A stretch of 52,444 bases of DNA, filler included, from Catajapyx aquilonaris (GCA_000934665.2; 3 parts of 3 records of this genome joined end to end with filler, not necessarily neighbours in it), one strand, 5' to 3'. Positions 38,426 through 49,930 are shown, counted from the first letter of the whole stretch. Numbers and translations: made by a program. The notes: generated by a model not told the origin, from the sequence alone.

Positions 38426-38785
38426 GTGAGTGCCTTAATCCTGAACGGGTCCATATAACTCCAGGATTTGTTGGCTAAATAGAGTGTGGTAAATTCAGAC
38501 TGATTGCCAACTGAATTATGATGGTAAACAAGGATGATTTCTGTTGGTGCCAGAGATAACCAGAGATTAGAAACTATAACTCCGTCCTTCAATCGGATGT
38601 GGAACAATCTGAATTGGCAACACTCTCTTTGGCTACCAAGTGCCCATCTGCAGAAACTCGGGTTTGACAGATTTACCCTGGCATATATTTTATATATTTA
38701 ATCTCTCTTGTTAAATTATTACATATTTTATTACATCCAGTGATATTAAGAGAGACGACTGATAAATTTTTCGAATTCATTTTAG

Positions 38786-39027
38786 TTTTTTGCCCTACGC
38801 CTTTATAACCTTCGACGTCACCCAGACTAATTCGTTACTACAACTTTTGCTACCTAACACCGTATATATTGGAATTGGGACCATCAATGTAAATAACCTC
38901 ACTATTGGACAACTTCCGCCATTGTCCGTGAGCGCCCTTGGAGTGACGATTATCAAGGTACTTCAGGTCAAAGCCTGCAGCTATCTCAACGTTCTAATAG
39001 ACTTTATCGTCCCGGACGCTATCTTTT
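38786..39027 (+). CDS. Lipocalin-like gene copy B, exon 3
   Basis: CATTTTAG acceptor, phase 2; encodes FLPYAFITFDV...KVLQVKACSYLNVLIDFIVPDAIF; donor T|GTAAGT at 39028. Confidence 0.8.
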
Positions 39028-39101
39028 GTAAGTTGGTTTCAAATCACCACTGAAACTCCCAACCTAATTTATTTTCACGCGCCGAGTTTTAATTTTCGCA
39101 G

Positions 39102-39238
39102 CACTGATGAAATTGACCCTCGTGCCCAACCCGAACCAACCGGATGGACTGGCCGAAGCCCTTGACCTGATGAAGACTAAAAATGGCAATCCAACAATGC
39201 ACAGCGTCATCAACGACCAATGCAAATTTCCGTTCTAA
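39102..39238 (+). CDS. Lipocalin-like gene copy B, terminal exon
   Basis: TTTTCGCAG acceptor, phase 1; encodes SLMKLTLVPNPNQPDGLAEALDLMK...TMHSVINDQCKFPF*; AATAAA at 39303. The four exons total 720 nt = 239 aa + stop. Confidence 0.8.
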
Positions 39239-39358
39239 CCAGTTGCAATATTAAGCTCCTGCTTTCTAATTGCATCTTTGTGTTTCCTAATAATCCGGAT
39301 TTAATAAACAGCGAATTGCACATCCATAGAACCGCCACCTTTTCTATCTAGTCACCTT

Positions 39359-39577
39359 GGGCCGAATTCAGAGAGGTTGCTTAACGTAAACGCGCCCGAT
39401 TAAATCCTTTAGTCATCCTCGATTAGCAAATTTAAAAGTGCCTGCAAGTGCGATTAGGGGGCGTTTAGCTTTAATCGCCGTCTTTGCATTAGCAGGTTGG
39501 TTAAATTTTCTAATCGAGGATGACTAAAGGATTTAATCGGGCGCGTTTACGTTAAGCAACCTCTCTGAATTCGGCCC
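39359..39577. mobile_element. Small foldback MITE with ~75-bp inverted arms
   Basis: GGGCCGAATTCAGAGAGGTTGCTTAACG... versus ...CGTTAAGCAACCTCTCTGAATTCGGCCC; no clean TSD. Confidence 0.8.
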
Positions 39578-39953
39578 TAGGCCTCTTCCTTCAGTTCCTT
39601 GCCTGGGGGCGCCACAACCTTCATAGCGGTGGGAAGGGTAAACTAGGCTGATGGTTCTGCATGACAAAGGAATCCGAGTTGATCGTCACGTCTTTGGTCG
39701 GAATAAGGATTGTTGCTTTGTCTGGAAGACAATCATTGTTGGAGGAGGGTGAGTAGAGGTTGGGTTATAATGAGGGTGAGGGGAGGGCGCAAAGGGACGA
39801 GAGGAACAATGGGGCCACTGCTTGGGGGGTGTATAGCTAGGCCTAGTCCATGGCCCCTGATGCCGCAGACAAAATGACAGATACTCAGACCAAGTCTCAG
39901 ACAGGTGCACTGTTGAGTTGAAAGGAAGAGGAGAGACACACCCTCGTCCAGCC

Positions 39954-42610
39954 ATGCCTCTTGGAGTGGTCCCCTGTCCCCGCTGTCCCAGCAAGGTCTT
40001 CAACAGCTGCCTTGATCTGCTGGTACACAGCACCATTCACTCCACGTTGGAGAGGGTCAATGTGGAGTTCAAGGAGGAGCCAGAGGAGGAGCTGGGCATA
40101 GGAGGTGGATGTTGGGGAGGAAGAGATGCCCAGGTGGTCAGGATGGTCAAGGAGGAGCCAGAGGAGGAAGAGGGAAACCATGCCAATGAAAGTGATGCCA
40201 CTGGTGCAGGAGAAGAGGAGGAGGGCAGGGGGAGTTATCATCCAGACAAGGAGGATGAGACAGGGGGTGGAAGTGATGGAGATGAAGGAAGGCAAAACCA
40301 GATGAGAAAGCAGATTGAGCATGTTCACATAATCATAATGGGGTGAGAACTTGTCTGCCCAAAGTGATCTAATGTATAAACAGCGTCGCCAGGAATGGTG
40401 GACATTCTGCCAGTGTTTCATATTACCACCGATAGGAGGCGGACGATCATTTGTACGGGATGAACCAGAGTTCTCTGACGGAAAGAGATACCAGGATCTC
40501 ACTACTTCGTGGACCAATCTTAAATATGGAATAGCCATTTTGTCACACACATCATATATTTCATACACATTTTGAGATCAATGAAATATCTCAATTGAAA
40601 GTAGCTTTTTCGGGCCCAAGAGCAAAATGCAACGCAAAACCTCATAAGCGGAATGAGACACCATTATCTCCCAAACATAATTGCAATATTAATTTTTTAG
40701 AGTCACCAGGGTATGCAGGAGTCTATTACCTTCATATACATTGAAAAATAAAATTAATTCGATCAAAATTAACCGAGTTACAGCTGTTTTACACTTCAAA
40801 CCCTATGTAGCTTATAGGCGCAGGAGTCGCAAGGCCGATGTCCACCATTCCTGGCGACGGTTTTAACAAACTTATCTGCTCTAGCAAAACATATGGTTTT
40901 GCTGTATTTGTAGAATCATTTCTGGAGTAATAATATTGCCCTAAAAGGCTTTTGCATCTTTTTTCCCCTTCAAATTGTGAAAATCAGCTTTGAAATATTG
41001 TCAGAGTGAATGGGTTTTCCTATAGCCAAAAAATGTGTTAAAATACATAATTTATTTTTAATGGCACTGATACTTGACTGATATTTTTATGATTCACATC
41101 AAGAGTGTTCACATATATTATAGGACACTCTGAGGCGGATTTTTATGGCTAGTCAGCTCACTCTCGAAACATGATTATGTCTCAGTAGATGGCAATGTGG
41201 TAGGTGAAATCTTGATTAGATGGCATAATAATAATGCCCTTTCTTTTGAAGGACCTCTGCGCTTAATGGGAGACTCTGTCCCTTGCACTGTCCTGCCCAC
41301 TGCTCACCTATTGGTTGTGAACTAATCTATCGCAGAACTGAATTGGACCTTATATTTGCCATAACTTTAGTGTTAGGATAATATTGACGTCACAAATTGC
41401 AGAAAATACTTCCACATTGTCAGTAATGGAACTAACAATTAAAGGTGAGGATATGGCACTATAAGAATGACAGGAATAAAGTTAGCTGTAATTGAATTAA
41501 TCTTTAAGTTGTTTTGTGGTGTCTGGGGAGACAATATTCTTGGTCTGAACTTCCAAAAGAATAGGTGCACAAGATGTTCATGAAATTCAGGGGCATGTGA
41601 AGGAAGTGTTGGCATAATATTGGCAGATATTGTGATAGGTTGTCACACAGATTCATATCAATTATTACTACAAAATAATGTACCTCATGATGATCAGTGA
41701 GGAAAAGGTGGGAGGTCCTAATGGGATAAGACATGCTTGCCATCGAATATTGTTACAATAATTGTAACAATATTTAATGGCAAGCATAATTATCTTATCC
41801 CATTTCGACCTCCCACCCTTTTCTCATTTATCTTATCCCATCACTCTTTCTTCATATAAGGTTTGCCTGCATTAATTTTGTGAATCTAATGAGCTCACAC
41901 ATACGCATTTCAGAGAAATGGTACTAAAGAAAGCATGAAGGCTGGGAACCATCAAGACAAGCAGAGCGGAAGGGAATTGGAAGAGAAGGTTTTTCAGATT
42001 TGCAAGCGGGATAATTTGCAAACTCATATCCTGATCCATTCCGAAGACAAGCCCTTCAGTTGCCAGGTTTGCAACAAAAGGTTTAGCCACGCAGGTAGTG
42101 TGAAGGTCCACATGAGAACCCACACTGGTGAGAAGCCATTCACTTGTCAGGTTTGCCACAAAAGGTTCAGCCACTCAGGCTGTGAAGGCCCACATGAGAA
42201 CTCACACATAGGTAAGAATGCCAAGTTTAGAGAGATGCCAAGAGAAAGTTTAGTCAGTCAATACATTTGAATATACACATGAAGAATCATGCAGGAGAAA
42301 AACAATTCAGTTGCGAGGTATGCAAGAAGAAGTGTAGTAACACGTCCGATTTGAAACAACATGAGAGAATCCTTACAGGAGAGAAACCATTTTGTTGTGA
42401 CGTTTGCAAAAGACAGTTTAGTCAGTCAGGAACTTTGAATAGACATAAGAGGATCCATACAGGATAGAAGGCATTCAGTCGCCAGGGCGCAAGAAATAGG
42501 ATATTGACATCTCACATGAAGCCACATAAATATCTGATTTACAGGAAAAGGTTTGCTCGCATACATCATTATTATTTTGCAAAAGCATGCTGCACAACAC
42601 AGGAAGAAAA
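39954..42610 (+). pseudogene. Degraded C2H2 zinc-finger gene, paralog of the minus-strand gene at 47121-51324
   Basis: Exon 39954-40301 (CPRCPSKVF...LLVHSTIH, KEEP motifs) and exon from 41914 (conserved CATTTCAG acceptor, TGEKP fingers). Shows deletions, a frameshift near 42180, TAG at 42465-42467 in place of the E of TGEK, and a donor GT>AT at 40302. Confidence 0.8.
41698..41826. repeat. Imperfect ~130-bp hairpin in the intron of the ZF pseudogene
   Basis: GGGAGGTC..ATGGGATAAGA..ATGCTTGCCAT..AATATTGTTACAAT-A-ATTGTAACAATATT..ATGGCAAGCAT..TCTTATCCCAT..GACCTCCC. Confidence 0.8.
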
Positions 42611-43565
42611 TCTACACAATTTCAGACCCCATTCACACAGCATTAATCAGAGTTATACATAGACCCTATTAACTACCCTGGTTAGCTTTTATGAAGGCCT
42701 TGTGGGAATTTAAAGAAGTCAGGAGTATCAGCAAGGAGTGTAGTGTGTTGGATTGACAAGTTGGGGATATGAGATGGCATGGAGGTTCTGCTGTAGAATT
42801 AGTGAGAAAGTTTTTTTTAAACCCGACGATTAATGGAAACGAGGTAGAAGTTTAATTACGCCACCAATTAATTTGTGATAAACAAATGAACCTGAATGTT
42901 CTGATAATAATTATGTATTCTTAGTACGAATAAGGCACCGTTACCCCTAGTAGTCATCAAAGGCATTGGCTGCTAATATGTTCATCTCTGTAAATGGGGT
43001 CTGGGATTGATTTTTTAATGCCAACTGGTATATTGAGTAATACCTATACTCAGAAAGTATTGCAATTAAGAACTTGGATATGTGATTAATTTTACCCTAA
43101 TTTTGCATCCCAAACTTTTGATAACCAATCAAGTAACTGCTTTAATTAGCATCTTAGAAATATTACATAATCTCTCTTTTAAAAACTGACATTTCAATTG
43201 ATGCACCATGTCACATACTGTATGCGAAGACTTGAAATGCAGAAGAATCAATAAATATTGGAATGATTCCAAGAGAGAGAGTGAAATTTCATATTTTTTA
43301 TTGTCCTTCCTGGATTCGTTTTTCCTGCGTTTTTCTTTCCAGCATTTCTCGGAAGGAATTGACCTAGCAGAAATGTGACTTGACCCTGACAAATTACACA
43401 TCAAGGTTAGTTGTTGTAAACACTGCTTTAATCAAGTTTCAGCAAATGACCAATCTTACTGTTCTGCAAATTATTTATACGAGTGTAGGCCTGTACTCTA
43501 AATTAGGACAGTGCCTTTCTTCCTTGTCATGCAAATTCAGAGGAACTTATGACTGCATTGCTAGT

Positions 43566-44720
43566 GGGTAATTCCATGTGAGATCGCCCAAAGATTCACA
43601 CCCTCTATTTTTTAATAAACCTGAAAATTGGAATATAAACTTACACCATAACAATGAAATATAACATAATTATACATTCTTGAATCTTGGGGTCAATAGT
43701 TCACAAGTTACAAGCAAATGAAAAATTCCCAAAACCGAATACACGTGTTTCGAAATGGATTTATTCCTGAGCAGTTATTTATCTTACCTTAATTATTTTG
43801 GTATCAAAATTTGAGGAAAGGGAACTACTTTGCAAACTATATTTTAAATTTTTAAAAAGCTATGTTTCAAGACATTTTTACGGGGGTCAAAATCCATGAC
43901 CTGTGACATTTCAAAAAGTGTATTTTTGAAAATTACGTAAAAATGTACAATGACACTACAGACACATATCTAACTTGCCCAAAAATTTCAACGGACCTTT
44001 TTGCTTCGTTTTTGAAAAAAAAAAAAAATCTAATCGATAATGATGTACTGCCATGCCAGGCTACCGACTGACCTCCAGTATTGAGTGCTTCTGCTTCTGC
44101 ATATCACTTACCCATAACTGTTCAAATACTTCTAATGTCAATTAAAGCCGTGGAATACATTTTACCATACGAGTACATTACACACGTGAGTTTTTAAAAA
44201 TCACAGAACACACATTATGTGTCAGTAGTTCACGTGTTAAGTAACCAAAAAATTCCAACAGCAGGTGACTGTGAGTGGATTTTTTTTTGCATCATGCCAT
44301 GGGAAGGGGCCATGTGACGGAATTGGAGGGACAGTCAAAAGGATGACGGCCCGAGAGAGTCTGCATCGCCCCACCCACAATCAAATTGTGACAGCACAAG
44401 ACATGTACGCCTTCTGTCAGTCCATATCATGCAGCATCCACTTTATTTGTGTATGCAATGAAGATCATTCGTCGCATGCATTGCAGATGAAAAGGTGTTC
44501 TTAGGCCAGATTTCTGATGTGTCGACTGAGTTTGGGGACTACCATGTCAATATGATGCAGCAAGAGAGTGGTCATAACTACTGCTGGCCTCCAGGGGAAG
44601 ACAGATGCTGGGTGTCAGTGCACAAAATCCTCTGCTCTGTGCAGTGTAAATTCGACATAGTGACGGGAATTTACAATTTGACTGTGCACAGGACATTGAA
44701 AAAATTGAATATCAACTCCA
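43566..44720 (+). mobile_element. Internally deleted DNA transposon with transposase fragments (Sola2-like)
   Basis: 44265-44500 encodes FFASCHGKGPCDGIGGTVKR; 44495-44720 encodes GQISDV...WPPGEDRCWV...IL; candidate left terminus GGGTAATTCCATGT at 43566. Superfamily assignment is from recalled motifs. Confidence 0.65.
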
Positions 44721-45378
44721 ACATCGTGACAAGTAGTGACCGGAGAGCTAGGCGTAATGTTTAACATTTGGTTGCTGGGGTTGCTTGGGGCTTTAGCAGT
44801 GCTGGTCCTGGAAATATTCCTTTACTATACATATTCAAACGAAAGTAGCAACTGGAATGAACAAGAATGAAGCTGCGATGTCAGGAATTGGGACAGTTGA
44901 TGAGTAGGCTACTTTAAAGGCGCACCAAAACGACTCGTTGTTGGCGTGCCAACCTGTCAAGGTAATGTGCTTACAGGTTTATTTAGCTAATGTCCGATCA
45001 TTAATTAATATACAGCAACTATGTTGTATTATCTGTATATTTTTTTGTATGTCTATCTATAAAATTATTTATTTCATGTAACATAGTACAGTACATCCAT
45101 GCTATAATAATAGACACACTTATATACACCAACATAATGCAAAGGTGGTGGTGACGTCCTATAATAACGTCAAATCCATGGGGGAATGTTATTTCAGGAT
45201 AAAGGAGGGTCATGCCCTAACTGAAAGAATATTGGGAAATGTGGGGCAGTAATCACTATTTTGCCAGGGCTCCTACACAATGAATAGAGAGGTTAACAAG
45301 CACAATGACACTGTGGGATTATCTAGGCATGAAATAAAATGGCATTTAAGATAGGTGTACCAGTGATGGGCAGTGCCC

Positions 45379-45837
45379 CAGTGATGGACACCAGAGTCTT
45401 TGAACCTAAATAACAAGGGAACGCGGCAATATTGAGTGGAAATGAGACACATTTCACATCCCTTCATGGGGCTGCCTCCTCCCTGATCGCCACGTGTTTA
45501 CCATGATTCATCGTGACCTACTTTGTGAGTGGGAAGCTCACCCGACATGGCGTAAAACCTACCCTTCCCTGATGATATTGACACAACAGCAGTAATACGG
45601 AGGGTGTCCATAACTAGAACAGTCATCATTTTGGGTGTCCATAATTGGAGCATTTGCACACTTGCATATGAAATATTTTTGCGCAAAATTAGCTTGTTTA
45701 ATGTGGCACGAGTATGCATAGGCTGAAAGAGCAAGTCTCAAGGATTCGAAAGATACTTCTTCGAGGAATTCTTAAACCAATTCCCCTGGAAAGAGTATCC
45801 GACGTCCCCCCCGTCCCCCCTAACGTGTCCATCACTG
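45379..45837. mobile_element. Possible hAT-like MITE
   Basis: 13-bp inverted termini CAGTGATGGACAC / GTGTCCATCACTG; no 8-bp TSD seen. Confidence 0.35.
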
Positions 45838-47120
45838 GAACACTTACCTCTCTTACTCCACAATGAAGGCAGACTCAACTAGCTACAACTTTTAATCCAT
45901 ACAACTTGTGGAATAGATGTACCCGTATCATACCACATGTAACTCAATATCAATGATATCTGGAATAATTGCTGATATTTTTGTGACTTCTTAGTTTTTC
46001 AAGTGCAAAAACATTATGCTTGCATTTCTAGCGGGGTTCAGATATTTTATAACCACTATGTTCAATATCTAGGCTAGATAGTTCCCATAATAACTGGAAG
46101 ATGATGCCACGCTGCCTATTTGATAAGGAGAATAATCATATGTAGCCAAATATCATGCAAAGTGAGATATTTTAGCACAATATTTCTCATATGTAGCCTA
46201 TGTAGAACAAAATCAATCTTTGATTTATACGTAAACCCATTGAAGCACCTCTTCACGCATGTCACAATCTCTGTAGATTTAAGCTGAAAGTTTCTCTGTA
46301 TGCATATGTGTATCTGGGCTACCCAACCCACTTTCAGACAACTGACTTGTGAGTGGCTGAAACTTTGCACAGTGATAGCCGGCATTCCCTGATTCAGGAG
46401 AGAGTCCGACAACCAACTTTTTCGAGTCTACACCCAAAATGTAGGATTCCAATACCACAGCCTGGTCACTCAACCTTTCAACTTGTTAAATCTTTCTCTT
46501 TTTCTTTTCCTTTCCTGCTATATGCTTCACAATATCTGCGGGTGTCTGCCACTTTCTGCACATCCAAACTGCTTTCCACAAACTTGAAAGCCCCCAACTA
46601 TTTTGCCTACAACACTACCACTAGCATGATACTAAACCAGTCACAGAATAGTCTAGAGCAGCATATGAGTTGAATAGGCTACCACTGAGTAATTTTGTTG
46701 AAGTGACATTTCATTTAATGTCCTTCGTTTTCAACGATCGTAACCAAGTTGGAGATATCTGCCCATGGAAATTGACCCTCCAGAAGCTGCTGCAATCAGA
46801 GGAGAGCCAATTTGCATATGCTTATATTCCGTTAGCTATGTACAAATTAGCTTTGGATTTGTTTCTACAGAGGATTTGTTCACGCAAAACCAACGATTGA
46901 GAATTCTGTTCACATGTCTCTGACACTCCTCTTGTTTAGAATTCCTCACGCCTATTCCTGTCTGTCCTTCGCCATTCGTGGCATCTTTTTTACCCGATAA
47001 GTCCCACATCAAGGGTGCCCCCTAAGCCCTTTATAATAACATCTAGTATACATTGTAGCTGACAGGATGGGTTTAGGTAACTTGACTAATGCAGCTGTCT
47101 GAAGTGAATGGGGTCAAAAA

Positions 47121-48446
47121 TCATTTTTTCCTGTGTGTTCTAACATGCGATTTCAAATGGGCTGTCTGAGCAAACCTTTTCCTACAAACCTGACACCTGT
47201 ACGGCTTCTCCCCTGTATGCATCCTCATGTGTATCTTCAAATACTCTGGCTGACTAAACTTTTTTTTGCAAACCTGGCATCTGTATGGCTTCTCCCCTGT
47301 GTGGGTTCTCATGTGGCCATTCAAAGTTGATGTCTGAGCAAACCTTTGCCTGCAAACCGGACAACTGTATGGTTTCTCACCTGTGTGAGTCCGCATGTGA
47401 CATGTCAAAGTACTTGAGAAAGTAAACCTTTTCTTGCAAACCTGACAACGGTATGGCTTTTCTCCTGTGTGGATCCTCAAGTGTGCGGCCAGGGCAGCTT
47501 TCTGATTATATCTTCTCTTGCAAATTGAGCAACTAAAAGGCTTCTCTCCCGTGTGAACCTTCATGTGCATATTCAAAGCAGAGGAACAAGCGAACTTTCT
47601 CTTGCAAACACGGCAACTGTACGGCTTCTCCCCTGTGTGCATCCTCATGTGTATCTTCAAATGCTCTGGCCGACGAAACATTTTTTTGCAAACTTGGCAT
47701 CTGTATGGTTTCTCTCCTGTGTGGGTTAGCATGTGAGTTTGCGCATGACTCCACCTACTAAACTTTCTCTCGCAAACTTGGCAACTGAACGGCTTCTCAC
47801 CTGTATGAATCCTCATATGTAATTTCAAACTTCCTGTCTGTCTAAACGTTTTATCGCAAACCTGGCAACTGTGTGGTTTTTCTTCCGTGTGAATCCTTCT
47901 GTGGCCACTCAAGTGACTTGACTGTCTAAACTTTTTTTTGCAAACTTGACAACTGAATGGCTTCTCCCCTGTGTGGGTTCTAATGTGTGATGTCAAATCG
48001 TATTTGGACTTAAACTTTCTATTGCAAATTATGCAATTAAATGGCTTTTCATTTGTGTGAGTCCTCATGTGGTACTTCAAATGGTGTGACCGAGTAAACT
48101 TTTTCTTGCAAACCTGGCAACTGAACGGCTTCTCTCCGGTATGGATTTTCATGTGTATATTCAAAGACGATGACTGACTAAAATTTCTCTTACAAACTTG
48201 ACAACTGTATGGTTTCTCTCCTGTGTGCGTCCTCGAGTGCGCATTCAAATGTGCAGCCTGAGTAAATTTTCTCTCGCAAACTTGGCAACTAAAAGCCTTC
48301 TCTCCTGTGTGAACCTTCATATGGTTATTAAAATGTTCTGACCGACTAAATTTTTTCTTGCAAATCTGACAAACCTTCTTCCCCAATTCCCTTCTTTGCT
48401 TGCCTCGCTGGTTCCCATTCTTCATGCTCTCTTCAGAACCTTCTCC
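47121..48446 (-). CDS. C2H2 zinc-finger protein, terminal exon with 15 tandem fingers
   Basis: Intact ORF with 15 CxxC...HxxxH units joined by TGEKP-type linkers; phase-0 acceptor CCCATTTCAG at 48447 adds GEGSEES before the ORF-track Met. Confidence 0.93.
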   Translation of the reverse strand, partial: GEGSEESMKNGNQRGKQRRELGKKVCQICKKKFSRSEHFNNHMKVHTGEKAFSCQVCERKFTQAAHLNAHSRTHTGEKPYSCQVCKRNFSQSSSLNIHMKIHTGEKPFSCQVCKKKFTRSHHLKYHMRTHTNEKPFNCIICNRKFKSKYDLTSHIRTHTGEKPFSCQVCKKKFRQSSHLSGHRRIHTEEKPHSCQVCDKTFRQTGSLKLHMRIHTGEKPFSCQVCERKFSRWSHAQTHMLTHTGEKPYRCQVCKKMFRRPEHLKIHMRMHTGEKPYSCRVCKRKFACSSALNMHMKVHTGEKPFSCSICKRRYNQKAALAAHLRIHTGEKPYRCQVCKKRFTFSSTLTCHMRTHTGEKPYSCPVCRQRFAQTSTLNGHMRTHTGEKPYRCQVCKKKFSQPEYLKIHMRMHTGEKPYRCQVCRKRFAQTAHLKSHVRTHRKK

Positions 48447-49807
48447 CTGAAATGGGCAAGTTTGAGCTCATTAAATTCATGGTATAAATGCAGGTGTCAC
48501 ATATGAAGGGAGTGTCGTTGGTACTCACAAAGGAACATATCGTGGGTGATAATGACAGATCTGGATGAAACTGAACATGCTAATCCAGGACAATATGATA
48601 ACCAAAAATGAAATATCTCGGGCTGAAACCCATATTTGCATTCAAAGAACAACGTCGTGGCGATTTTTTGAAAAAAGTGGTGGAGCGGCGCGTCAAATTG
48701 GCATTGTAAGCCACGTGGGGGGATTCCCATGACCGGTGAAATGAACATAATATAGTTCCAAAATAATGCTCACAGCATTATCTTATGGCCCACTATCGTA
48801 GTATGTCAAATTAGTAAAGAAGTGCATTGGCGGTTTTTCAGAGTAATTGGCTGCAAATTACTTAGTCCAACCTCATATGCAACTGGTTGAAATAAATTTT
48901 GAAAGTACACATAAAATCGTGTTTCAGTATGATAATATTACAAGTTTTTTATTTATAGTGTATACTTTACAAGGGCCAGATAGCGAAAACCGGGGTGAAA
49001 AGTCGAGAAATTGCTCACGAACTATTCATGACTAAAGCTTCAAACTAGATATATTGCAACTTGTGTGGGTCTATATTCGTGTCACCAAATATAAAATATG
49101 TGGTTCAAATGCATCACTAATTTTTCGAGGCCCAAATTCTTGGAAATTTGACTGATGTAAACCCAGGCACGTTTCTTTCTGGTTGCATTTGTAAGTGAAA
49201 CCACTTCCATCTGGATTCTCTTCATCTTCCTCTTTCTTTTGATATATGCCTATATGTTTGATGGGTTTGGACCAGGGCCTCACACCGAAATAATTCGCCA
49301 AAAAAGGGTGAAGGTCAAAACAGAGCATCATCAATCAGAAAAACCAGAAAAGAGGAATGTGTGCTCATGTGCACAGTACGGCTGAGAAAGATTTAATGTG
49401 GGCCACCTTCTAAGCCCGAGCTCTTGCCTTTAGGGTGCATGCTACTGCCACTTTGGTCATTAACAAAAAAAAATAGAGAGAGAGACTTAATCTCAATAAA
49501 AATATCAGGGAAATTAAGGACTTAATTGCGAGATATTAATCCTCCATCCTCGCAAATGCATGCTGCTGTCTCCCACCTAGTGTGGATTACTGCCTGCCAC
49601 TGGTCCTATTTTGATTGGTTAAAATGTTAATGCACAGCTTGTTTATCATCAAACCATACAAATGGTCCATACAATGGCCATTGGTATATGTTTCTGCTTA
49701 ATTCCATTTACCGAACATGCTAATGTGACAGTTCTTTCCTGCAAGAAAACCCTTGGATAATGTCTTTAATGTAAGCTAAAATGAATGCATCGATTTATTA
49801 AAATTAC

Positions 49808-49930
49808 CTGAACCTGAGGATTGATGTGCTTCTTCCACATGTGCCTCTCCAGGTCCTTCTTAGTGGCAAATGCACCATTGCAATGGGCACAGTAGAGAAG
49901 CTGGTACATACGGATGAAGGGTTCCAATAC
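49808..49930 (-). CDS. Internal exon of the ZF gene encoding one isolated C2H2 finger
   Basis: TTTTCATTGCAG acceptor, CAG|GTAATT donor, 123 nt, phase 0-0; VLEPFIRMYQLLYCAHCNGAFATKKDLERHMWKKHINPQVQ. Confidence 0.65.

Noticed and set aside
36700..38600. Minus-strand fragments loosely resembling a P-element/THAP9 or KDZ transposase
   Set aside because: Required many frame switches; the plus strand of 37934-38425 is better explained by cleanly spliced exons of the lipocalin-like gene.
39897..40568. 223-aa hydrophobic minus-strand ORF
   Set aside because: Antisense shadow of the purine-rich acidic ZF exon.
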